From the NCBI GenBank assembly GCA_021613535.1, contig CP075495.1, positions 2,728,001 to 2,792,000 on the forward strand: DNA of 64,000 nucleotides, given 5' to 3'. This stretch comes from Adineta vaga. Lineage: Eukaryota > Animalia > Rotifera. Each line of letters opens with the position of its first letter. Position 1 is the first letter of the stretch. Below, piece after piece: positions 52,690 through 64,000 of the stretch. Position numbers and translations under genes: made by a program. The notes beneath the pieces are model-generated. The model was not told where the DNA came from, did not search any database, and saw nothing but the letters and a program-made list of their open reading frames with translations.

Positions 52690-55600
52690 ATGAATCAAGA
52701 AAATCAACCTCCATCAACTGATCTCAATGAAGAAAACTTATCTTTTGTAACATTTCGAAAAAAAGTTTGTTTTAAGTTAATTCGTTTTCCTCATTCATCT
52801 AAATGTCATTTACCTTATCTTAATTAGTGGGAAACCAAAGATGAAGATGAATCATCAATTACACCGAAACGACCATTACTTTCGCGAGATCGTGCTGCAG
52901 ATACATACGTTGAAGTGTCTCCACTATCTGATCGTAACTCTCGTCCTGAACCAACAGTACGACCACCTCTGCCTGCATCACCTTTGACAACTACTAAAAA
53001 TGATCCATCACCGGTGTCTGCTGTTGAAAGTTGTATGTTTGTTATCAGTCCTCCACAATCAAATCGAACGACTATTCTTGATGATGACGATAACGATCAT
53101 TCATATGTACCAGCTTATATTCATAGAAAAGCAAAAGCAGCACCGTCTACAACATGGAAAACATCTTATCCAACACATAAATTATCTTCAACATTGAAGA
53201 CCAATATTGAAACATCAGTTGTTGTTCCAGATATTCGTTCAAGTTAGTTTCTTGTTTTACATAAAAGAAAGATAAAAACTTCATTTTCATTCTAGCTACC
53301 ATTGCATCATTTCAACCAGCGATTCGACCACGTATTCCATTTAATTTATCATCGACCAATACAGCCGATAAACAAGCACATGCTTATACAATCTGGTTCA
53401 ATAGTCTTTTTACTCCTGTTGAATTTATATGTAATCAAACAAATCAATCGAGTGTCACTGAAATTTCAACGACCAAAACATTAAAAGCTGTAGCTGAATC
53501 GAATCGTTGGTATATACTTCGTGATCGTGCTCGTGAAGTATTTACACGTGATATTCAATCAATAGCTGCTAAAATAAGTTCTGACATTGATATTGATCAA
53601 TGTCGGATAAATCCAAAATCGGATTTAAATTTTTCAGCACGCACAGTTAGTCGACAAGCATTACTTAATTTTATTGCTTCATACAATCGTATCTGGTTTC
53701 GTCTTGCATTGGAAGTTCTTTTTCCAATTAACATTGAAAATTATCATCAAATGAAATGCTCAATTGAACAATATCTTATTCAATCCACAAATCATTCATC
53801 AACATCTTCAAATGAAAATAATTCAAAGAAAACAATTAACAATAAAATAGCATCAGCACAAATACGTTTAACAATAAAAAATCTAATTCTTATCATTATT
53901 TTTCTTGAACGTGCTAAAATGTTACGTATAATTGATAATGATCCATGTTTATATACACGAGAATCAAAATTTAAATCGGCAAAAGAATCTATTGATGTTC
54001 TCTCACGTGATTTCATTAGTTCAGATACGAATCTTATTCGTCGTCTTAAATTAGCTGGATATGAACCAATCTATCGGCAAACATCTTTAGATGAATATAA
54101 TTATCTAATTACAACAACGGAAAATAAATTATTCGATGAATTAAAAGATGGTATACGTCTAACACGTTGTGCACAAATATTACTTTCATCAATGAACGAA
54201 CAAGTCGCAAGATTTGATTTATCAAGTAAATTAAAATGCCCAGTAGTTAATCTTGTACATAAATTATTAAATATTGATCAAGCATTTGAATTACTTCAAA
54301 CTTATGGACATGTGAATTTAACTGGAATGTAAGTGAAGAGAAAAATTAATAAAAATATGTTTCTTTTTTCTCTCTTTAGTTCGAATAAAGATATTATGAA
54401 TGGTAATAAACAACGTACACTTGAATTACTCTGGCGTGTCTTTGTAACTTGTTATTTACCAAAACATTTATCACCGATGGAAAAACTTCAGGAAGAAATA
54501 TCAATACTAACGGAAAATCTTACGAAATATACTTGTCGTTCGAGTGAAAAACAACTTTTAACAATTGATCTTATTCCATTACAAAAACAACAAATTGAAT
54601 TTACACCAATGATTCATTTATTAATTAAATGGGCTCAATTAATTTGTGCACATTATAAATTTTGGTTATATGATCTTCAAGAATCATTTATTGATGGACG
54701 AGCATTTCTTTATATTATTTCATATTATCTACCAACTTTATGTGATTATTCACGTGATATTAAACATTTAACAACATTAGCAACATGTCAAACACGTGAT
54801 GAACATATACAATTTAATTTAGAACTTGGTCAACAACAACAACAACAACTGATCAATACATATGAACGAAATGTCAAAGGAAATTTTCGTTTCTTAGAAG
54901 AATGTATTAAACAATTTGGAACATTTTCAAATGAATTGATTAAATATGAATCATATGCAAGAGATACACCGGATGAACGTTGTACAATTATTATCTTAGC
55001 GATGTTAGCACATGATTTACTTTTCTCGAATAATATCGAAAATGATGAACATGATTTTCGTCATCAATTGATATTTGAAGAGTTAAAAGAGAAATATTTC
55101 AAAGATGATGAACCAATTATTGAAGTAAAAAGAGAAGAGATTAAAAAACCTTCACCAATCAAAGATGAACCAGTTATTGAAATTGTTCATAATACATTAA
55201 TTAATTCATCAATGAAATCAGAAGATTATCCTCACTTAACAAATACTTCTCATAGTTTTGATGAAATCATAACAAGAAAGAGTGAATCGCTTAAACCTTC
55301 AATTTCATCAACAACTGTTAATGTTCCAATTGAAGAATTATCAACTAAAACTCATTCACTTCCTATTATAGAATCTGAACTTGTACCATTAACAATCGAA
55401 AGCTATCATGAAGAAGAAGAAGAAGAAGAAGAAGAGCACGAAGAAATGACTGATGAAGATACAACGAAAGTGACGATATTATCATCAGCATCACCCGTTA
55501 AACAAGATTGGTCATTTGTTGAACCACCTGCTGTTGTCTATGATCAAACATTATCTGATTCATTGTATGCTTCTTTAGAAACAATGTTTACTTGTCAAAC

Positions 55601-57071
55601 ACCAACACGACCACAACCATTACTTTCTCAATCAATTCTTCATACCATGAATCATGATATTCTCGATCATCTGGAACCATTACATGAAGTAAAAGATGAT
55701 AGTGATGTTGAAGTTGATGATGATGAAAATGATGATTCATTCAATTCTGCTCGATCAGGTTTAACAACAATGATGGATCCACGTCGAACATCAATTGTTA
55801 CACAAACCACTACAATGTCATTTCATGATCTTGTTGAATTAGAAAAAACAATGGAAACTGAAGGAACCAAAACGAATTCCGAGAATACATCCTTATTTCT
55901 TATTGATGAAGGAACTCCATCCGAAACAGATAGTATTGAATTGAATAAAATGGATGATGTAAGTCAAATAGAATAAAAGTTTTTATTCGATATGATTTCG
56001 TTTTCTTTAGACTAATTTTGCTGATCCAATTAATACAAAGATGATTAAAGAAACATTAACACTTTTCTTAGCACATCAACAACAAACACTTGAACATGAA
56101 GATTCATTGACTCGTAATAATGAATCACTTGGACAAACACATAATGAACAACCGTCCGAAATCACTGTTAAAACAGAAGAAGAACGTCAATATCATGCTG
56201 CTCAAATTGTTCAGGTATCTATGTTTTGATCTTAAAACTTAACTCTCTCTCTTTGTTTCTTCTTCTTCTTAAGGCTCATTGGCGTGGTCATCAAGTTCGT
56301 GTTGAAAATCAACAAAATAAGCATCCAGTCGTTGCTATTCTTAACAAACTTCGTACATATGATTCAACAAATACATCTTCATTAACATTACGAGAACGTA
56401 TGATGCAAATTGTTCAAGAATATTCTGAAGCATCATCATCTTCTCTAACTGCTTATTTACATTTCTTACGCGATGTTGAACCAATTGTTGCTTGTTGTCT
56501 TGAAATACGTTATTTAATTGCTCAACAAGGTTTATTACGATTATTTTTCATTCTAATGAGATGTTGTAATCGAAGTGGACCATCCGCTGTTTTACTTAGT
56601 AAAGTCTTAAGTATTTTACAATTATTTACTGTTAAACGTGGTTTAATTATACCATTAATTGATAAACAAGAACAAATCAAAGATCTTATTATGCTTCTAT
56701 TAAAATATTATCAACAAAATCGTAGTGAATTATTTGAACAAATCTGTTCATTACTCGAATCGATTGTAAATGATGAATATGCTCGAAAAATGTTACGTTC
56801 AAATAAAATGTTCACTGATGCAATTGAATATGTTTATAAACGTGTATTTAATAAAGCATCAGCTGAAGATGAAAAATATCGCCAACAAATTCGATCAACT
56901 CCGAAACAATCCACTGGTCCACAAACACGTCGAGCAACATTATTAAATCAATCATCCATTCTTTATCCAACTCCGAAAATGATGCGTCCACCTCTTGTTC
57001 AAACTGAAAATGTCTTTAAAAAAAATCTTCTTACCATGGAAAAATTCATGAAAGTTTTCTATCGGGATTAA
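52690..57071 (+). CDS. ASPM: Abnormal spindle / ASPM homolog (CH domains, single IQ, C-terminal HEAT/ARM); multi-exon
   Basis: SYNRIWFRLALEVLF, IIFLERAK..IIDNDPCLY..ESKFKS, YRQTSLDEYNY..LKDGIRL, KDIMNGNKQRTLELLW, LIKWAQLIC..SFIDGRAFLYIISYYLP, IQ AAQIVQ|AHWRGHQVR, LMRCCNRS.P. Confidence 0.85.
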
Positions 57072-57359
57072 ATTTTTCTTCCTATCTGTATGTATTGTAT
57101 AGCTTATATTGACAAAATTTTCTTTTTCTTTTGATTCTTATTTGTATATGAGTAGAGAAAGCGACAGAGATACCAAATATTTTCGATGTTCAATGAAAAC
57201 AATATTATTTTTCTGTCTTCTTATATTGATAATTAAATATAGATATTATTTCAATGCGTATATTCATTTTTATACTTCAATCTAAACAGTACGAGGATGA
57301 TCATGCTACAAACTAAATGATCTTATTCATAGACTTGTTTCGCTTTAGAAAACTTTGTT

Positions 57360-58210
57360 ATGTCTGCCTCATCATCATCATCTCATGTTTACAGTAAACC
57401 AAAACGGAAGATACTTCCGACTGTACTGAATTTTATGGATGGTTCTCTTCCACCACGAACGAATTCGAGTAAAAAGAATAAATCAACTACGGATATCTAT
57501 GACCTTCTACGACGAGCTGTTAATGAACGACGACGTGTCGAAGTGTTGACACGTGATTGTCGAGGTATATATGGAATTCTTATTGGTTGGTTGCTTGTTT
57601 TTGATAAACATATGAATTTAATTATGTCTGATGTGGATGAAGTTTTTCGAAGATTAACCGATGGACATGATTATCTGGAATTAGGACCAAAAAAAGAAAA
57701 TCTACCAGTAACAAAATGTATATCATCATAGAAAATCAATCTTTATATTTTGAAGCTATTTTTGTTCTACTTTTAGGCACTACTACTACTACTACAACTA
57801 CTACTGCTACTTCGACTGCAAAGACAACTGATGTTACTGATGATTTTCAAACATTTCGAGCGCAATTAGCAAATTTCTTACGAAATAAGAAAAAACCACC
57901 AGTTGTTGCTAAACCACCACGACAGATATTTGTCGATGATGATGACAACGAAGAAAATGATGATGAACAGTTTCAACAGCCATGTGAATGTTATCCTGAA
58001 CAATTTCTATCGATGGAATTATTAAGTATCAATAATGTAATTGTACAACGTCTTAGTGGTAAATCACAACATATTGATTCATCGTCAACACAAACTTCGA
58101 CACCATTAATAACATCAAAACGAGCAAAAGTCCGTTTTTTCTCACGACATATACCTAAAATATTCATTAAAGGCAATCAAATTTGTCTCATACGTCTCTT
58201 ATCTTCTTGA
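57360..58210 (+). CDS. LSM11: U7 snRNP Sm-like protein LSm11 (2 exons; intron ~57719-57776)
   Basis: Sm1 LRRAVNERRRVEVLTRDCRGIYGILIGWLLVFDKHMNLIMSDVDEVF is separated by a long insertion from Sm2 RHIPKIFIKGNQICLI, the Lsm11 architecture. Confidence 0.8.
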
Positions 58211-59573
58211 TAAATGATTTGCAATTAAAAGCACATTTTTATTTGAAACTATCTATTCGACTTTTTTTCAACTCCATATAACGATACTGCTGAAAAGTAA
58301 CTTCCTTTTGTATTTCATCAAATTAACAGTTCGATACTATTTATAACTAATATGGATACAATTTGTATGCATATACTCAAGGTTTACAAAACAATAATAA
58401 TAGTCGACATTGTCTGTAAAATTCGAATGATAAATCATACAACACTCAATTCATAAACTGTCCATTTATTTTCTTTAATGTATGTTCGTACAGTGGTACA
58501 GGAACAAAGAGTCCACTCGGAAGTATTGATGTGTTAGTTTTAAGTAGAGAGTAGTCATAATGCATTACTTAAACATTTCATGTTTGTCTATATGAACGCT
58601 AAAAGCTTTATTTTCTTAATCACTCTAAATTACAGATCATTAAAGAAATCATCGTTTATTTTTCGAGAATCACTATGCTGATAATTCTTTAGAAGGCAAT
58701 CATTTTGTTCGATTGATATCGAAGAAAAGAATGTGTTAGTTATCTCTTTGCTGACCTCGTTTCTCCATTCAATGGTCAATTGCTTTTATGAATACCAGAT
58801 TTTCATTGATATAGATGTTGTTTATATTTTTCTTCTTGTCAGTTTGATGTCCATTCTCTATATCATCGAAGTAGTAGAATTACGACAACATTTTCCTTCT
58901 TTTTTTTATTTGGTCACTATGTAATCATCTCTATCTATGCATTCGAATAAACCCCCCTCATATCCATGTAGATATGATAAAACAAAAAAAAAGAAAAAGA
59001 GAAAGCTTGTTATTTGAAGCATCATTACGAACAAATGTTTTTTAGCCTGCTGGTCATTATCTTCGTTAGAGATCGTAATATAGAAAGAGGTATGCTAGCT
59101 AGAAAAGGCAATATAGAGAACAAACTGATGCAATCGAGATAGAAGGAAAGAAAGAAAGAGAGAGAGAGAATGATAAACAATAACGATGGATAGAAATGTA
59201 TTAGCCGTATGCTCTCTGTCGTTTTTTTTATGCCATATCTATCTATTCATTGATATACCATATACAAATAAGTAATGAAAGACTTCTTCCTTTTGCTTCT
59301 TGTCGTCTCACACATCGATGTTGAACATATTGACCGACTGGCATGATTTGATTCTATCTATCATAAGCTAACGACAAGCAATTAGAATGTTCGTCTGCAT
59401 TTTTCTGTCAATCAACCGACAAGTTGATAGAGCTATCAATTGTTTTTCTTTGCTGAGAGATAGAAGAAGTAGTCAACTGCATTAAATTTCGTTTAATTTA
59501 ATTTATTTGTACGTGAGTGACAAGACTTTCTTTTTCTATGCATGATCGTAACAGAGTAATGGAGAAAGAAAAA

Positions 59574-59600
59574 GAAGAAGAAGAAGAAGAAGAAGAAGAA
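59574..59600 (+). repeat. (GAA)9 microsatellite
   Basis: Directly visible. Confidence 0.9.
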
Positions 59601-60560
59601 AAGCTTCATGTTTAACTCTCTTATATTCTCTAAAATGAGAAAAGAATCATTACACATCATCTTAATGTTGTAATTCTCAATCGTTCATCAGTAGTAGTAT
59701 AAAGATGGACACTCGTTCTCTTTTCCTTTCTCCCTTCTCATGCATTTTTTATAATTCTCTAATGATTTCTTTTGTTCGCTTGGATAAATATAGGTCGAAT
59801 AATATTTTGTGGTTTCAGTAAACGAGAATGCCATTCTTTTTCTTATCTTATTCACAAACCTTTTTCTTCTCTTTTACTATCATAAGTTGTAATAATCTTA
59901 TCATATACGAAAACCAACTTTTTTCATCAAAGTGTTTTTGTCTATTTTTCAGTTTTGAAATAACAGATCTAATCTTTCTTTCTCTCTCTCTCTCGACAAC
60001 AACAACAAGGACAGAAATCTTCATTTTCAAGGTTTATTTTTTAATGAATTCAAAATAACGACGTCAAGTTTATCTTATATATATACATATTATAATTGAT
60101 CACATCTTATCGTTTATTCTCGGGTGATTTGTCGATATCGTCTGTTATATCAATTGATATTCTCAATGAAACAATATATGAACTGTATATATCCCTAGAG
60201 CCAAATAGACATCAACATATCTATTCTTATTTCCGTTCAAATAAGAAGAACTATGATTGAATAGAAAGGAATTATTTGATCTGATAGATCGATTGACTTT
60301 CGAAAGGAGAAGAACACTCATCATTGTTCTTTTCTTTGTCCTTGTGAATATCCTATCTCTATCCATTCCTTTTCATTCTGCATGGTTGATTAGCTCGGGC
60401 TTTTTTCTTTAATACAAGGTTTGATCAAAACTATTGTCAAATATTTAGATATGAAATAGGTAAATTATCTTTTTCTTCGAATCTCTCATTTATTTTAGAT
60501 GTCAATATGTGATATATCATTTTGATTTGATTTGATTTTCATACATAATGTTTATAATCT

Positions 60561-63500
60561 ATGTCGATCTTATTATTGATCATTAACGTTCTTTCGCTTT
60601 TAAGTACAGGTAAACATTATTCTTTCTTTTCAAATTCGTTTGTCGACATATATATATATATATATCACCTATTTTCTTTATTCATAGCTAATGTGTATTG
60701 TTTATCCGTATCATCAAAGCAAATACTCGATAGCGAAATTGGTGATAATCACATCCTTGATTGTCCTCCTATCAATCGAAATCAATGGTCACTTCCATTA
60801 ATTATTCAATGGTATCGTGGAAGAAATAATTATACAATTCCAGTTGCTAGTCAATTTGATACATATCCAGTTCATATTGATGATTTATATGCGAAAAGAT
60901 ATAGTCTATTAACGAATGGTTCTTTAAAAATTGATCAAATTCAATTGAATGATAATGATACATATGAATGTCGACTAATTCTAATCGATCGAGGTCTATT
61001 GGATATTAAAGAACAATATTTTCTGACACTTCGTGTTAATGGTAAATTAGATTTCTTTTCTTCTTTTTTTTTGAAAAAAAAAACGTCATTATCTTTCTTA
61101 GAAAAACCACGATTTATTAATCGATCGAATTCAATTCAAGTTGCTTTACCTTATTCAACAGTAAATTTAGTATGTCACATTTATGGTGTCCCAATTCCAA
61201 CAATTTCATGGTATAAGATTATTGGAGAGGATAAACAAACGAATAATAAGGAAGCTGTAGAATTACTTTCAGTCAATAGTCAACAGTATGTATTTCGTAC
61301 AACTCCGTAGATTTTTATTGACGTAAGACATTTTTTGTCTTCGATATAGTTTGATTCTTAACAATGTTGATGATCGTTCGGCAGGTAAATATCGATGTGT
61401 CGGTAAGAATTCGCTTGGTTCAATAGAAAATGAATTTCAACTCTTTATACATGGTATGTATTTTTCACCTTGAATTTATTTTCATTAAATCTTCATTTCT
61501 TTCTCTCTCTCTCTCTCTTTTATAAATAAAGGATCAATTTATTGGCGCCATTTTCCTCAAAATCAAACTGTTAAAATCAACGGAAGTATAACCTTGAAAT
61601 GTGAAGGCGAAAGTAGTGAACCATTACAATATCAATGGTAAGATTGTTTTACTAAAGACAAAATAGAATAAAATTATTCTAGGTTAAAAAATGAAATATT
61701 TATTTCGGAAACAATTTCATCATCCGGACGAATACGAACGTTTAGTGATGGCATTCTAACGATTAATAATATCAAACCATCAGATCATGGATCGTATGTA
61801 TGTATTATTAGTATCTTGAATTCTACATCAATTCGGAGTAAACCAGCGATTATTACTGTTACATGTAAGTTCGATGTTTATGTATATATATATAGAGAGA
61901 GACAAAGAGAAAACGAAACAACATGAATCATTTGATTAGATCCACCGATTCCATCTGATCATCGTCAAACAAATAATTTAACATTGATACAAGGTTCGTT
62001 AGGGGTTTGTCCATGTTTACTAGATGCTTATCCACCAATACAATCTGTATCATGGTATCAAAATGGTCGATCGATTCGTATTACACCAAAAGGTAGATCA
62101 TAAGCAGGAAAAAAGTTGAATGAGATTTCTATTGATTTCTTTTCTTTAATAAAGGTGGAGCATATACAATTAATTCTGAATATTCATTAATTATCAGATC
62201 AGTTGACGATGATGATCATGGAAAATATTTTTGTCGCGCTCAAAATTCTGAAGGTTTTGGGCGTGATAGTGTACCATTTTATGTTGAAATAAAAGGTTAG
62301 ATTTCATCTCTTTATTCTTCCATTTCTTTTTTATTATTAAATAGAACCAATTAAATTTCTCTTGAAACCCAATTCAATCTATCATGTACGAGAAAAGAAT
62401 CGATTAGTTTTACCCTGTTTAGCATTTGGTGATCCAAAACCACAAATAAAATGGTTTAAAGTATGTTGAAGGTTTCTTTTCTTATTCGATTTTCTTTACA
62501 AATAATTGATTAGAATGCAAATGAATTGAATCATATCAATGAAAATTTTACCTTGGAACAAATTGAAAAAAGTGATCATGGTCTGTATATATGTCAAGCA
62601 TCAAATGAGCATACAACAACTAATATTAGTACTTTAATTATTGTTGAAAGTAAGTTTGATAAATAACGATAATCTCCATTATTCATCATAGATTTCAGTT
62701 TGCTCTCGTTGTCTCCTTATTATTACGATAATCTAGAACATTTCTCTTTTCTCATCATTTGTTATGTATAAAAATCATTTCTAAGTTTTCACTTATTATA
62801 ACGTACTTTTCCCCCCTATTGAATCCTTACATGTAGCGTAATTCATATACAATACTTCGATCACTATTGTACAGTTTGTTTCAAAAAGTTTGCCATTTGC
62901 TAAGATGAACTTTTTTCAAGTAGTGATGTTATTTTAACGACAATGAATGAAAATAGGTCATTGCATTTTGAGTGCGAAAAGAAAAATTGCTTGAGAATCC
63001 TTTTATAGTTTTATGAATAATTAGTGGAGTGAATGAGTACTTGTACAAAAATTCTTCAAATCGAACGAAAGTTACGAAAGAAAAGTCAATGCAGCTATGT
63101 AAATGATAGCTCATAGAATTCATCAATGAATGGTTTTTCTTTGATTTGATTAGATACAACACCACAAGCACCTTTGAATATTCGATATGAACAAATCTCA
63201 TCGAACCTATTACTTTCCTGGGAGCCTGGTTATGATGGTGGTCGAATTCAACATTTTATTATTTGGTATCGTTTGATACAGAATAAAAAACAAAATTGGC
63301 ATCAAATTCGCGTTCTACCAAATAATGCAACGGAATTTTTATTATTTGATTTACAAGTACAACAAACATATGAGGTCACAATTGTTGGCGAAAATGATTT
63401 CGGTTTAGGAAGTTTTAGTCCAATCATATCAATTTATTTAAATAATTATCAAGATCTATCCATTGGAAATCTTCATCGATCAAATGAAACGAATTTCCTA

Positions 63501-64000
63501 AGACCATTACCACCTATGGATCTTCATCTTTCATATTCAGGTTCAAATCTGCATATAACATGGAATCAAGGAAATCTTTTTGAATCACCAGTTAATATTC
63601 TCTACTATGTTATTCAATGGCGTTCAACAATTGTTTTTAATAATCAACAATCTCAACAATCAATTGTAGTGAAATATCCTAGTCGATCATATATATTAAA
63701 AGATATTAAACAATCGAGATATATTGTACAACTGATGTCATATTCAAATCAAGGAATATATAGTATTCCAATTGAAGCGGATATTGATATTCGTATGTAT
63801 TGATTTGATTGAAAAAGAAAAATTTTAATCGATTTCTTTGTAGAATTCAATTCTATTCTGGCATATTATGGTTCAAGTCGTTTATTAATATCAATACTTT
63901 GTTTTTTAACTGTATTAATAGTTGCAACATTATGTATATGTCTATTTTGTGTTCTCAAACATTACTATCATCGACAATCTTATTGCACAAATCATAAATC
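60561..64000 (+). CDS. Ig-superfamily cell adhesion receptor, 5 Ig + 2 FN3 + TM (IGSF9/turtle-like); 3' end beyond window
   Basis: Signal peptide; five Ig domains (e.g. IIQWY..NGSLKI..DNDTYEC; VNLVCHIYGVPIPTISW..AGKYRC; DHGSYVC; DDHGKYFCRAQN; DHGLYICQASN); FN3 WEPGYDGG..YEVTIVGENDFGLG; TM at ~63885-63955. Confidence 0.8.

Overview
AT-rich, gene-dense eukaryotic (metazoan) genomic DNA with many short (~50-60 nt) GT-AG introns. Gene style and the F-box/LRR family suggest a bdelloid rotifer (inference, not proven). The first ~5 kb is an accessory/decayed island: a solitary Tc1-like IR/DR terminus, an intronless Ala/Gly-rich orphan gene, a hAT transposase relic and an F-box/LRR pseudogene. The rest is a block of mostly conserved multi-exon genes: DNAJC10/ERdj5, CPT2, GNPDA, CCDC105-like tektin, an integrin alpha whose ~5-kb intron hosts an antisense histamine-H3-like GPCR, TBC1D5 and PRADC1. 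From 38 kb on, nine consecutive genes lie on the + strand: PAXIP1, MLF, a PAK kinase with degenerate CRIB, an ORP-type PH-only protein, MAP10, a divergent K50 homeobox gene, a one-IQ ASPM, an N-terminally short LSM11 and an IGSF9/turtle-like receptor that runs off the window. Main leads are a possible trans-spliced or polycistronic cluster, the nested GPCR, the minimal ASPM, the orphan hydrophobic protein and the K50 homeobox gene. All gene models were spliced by eye and no database searches were run.
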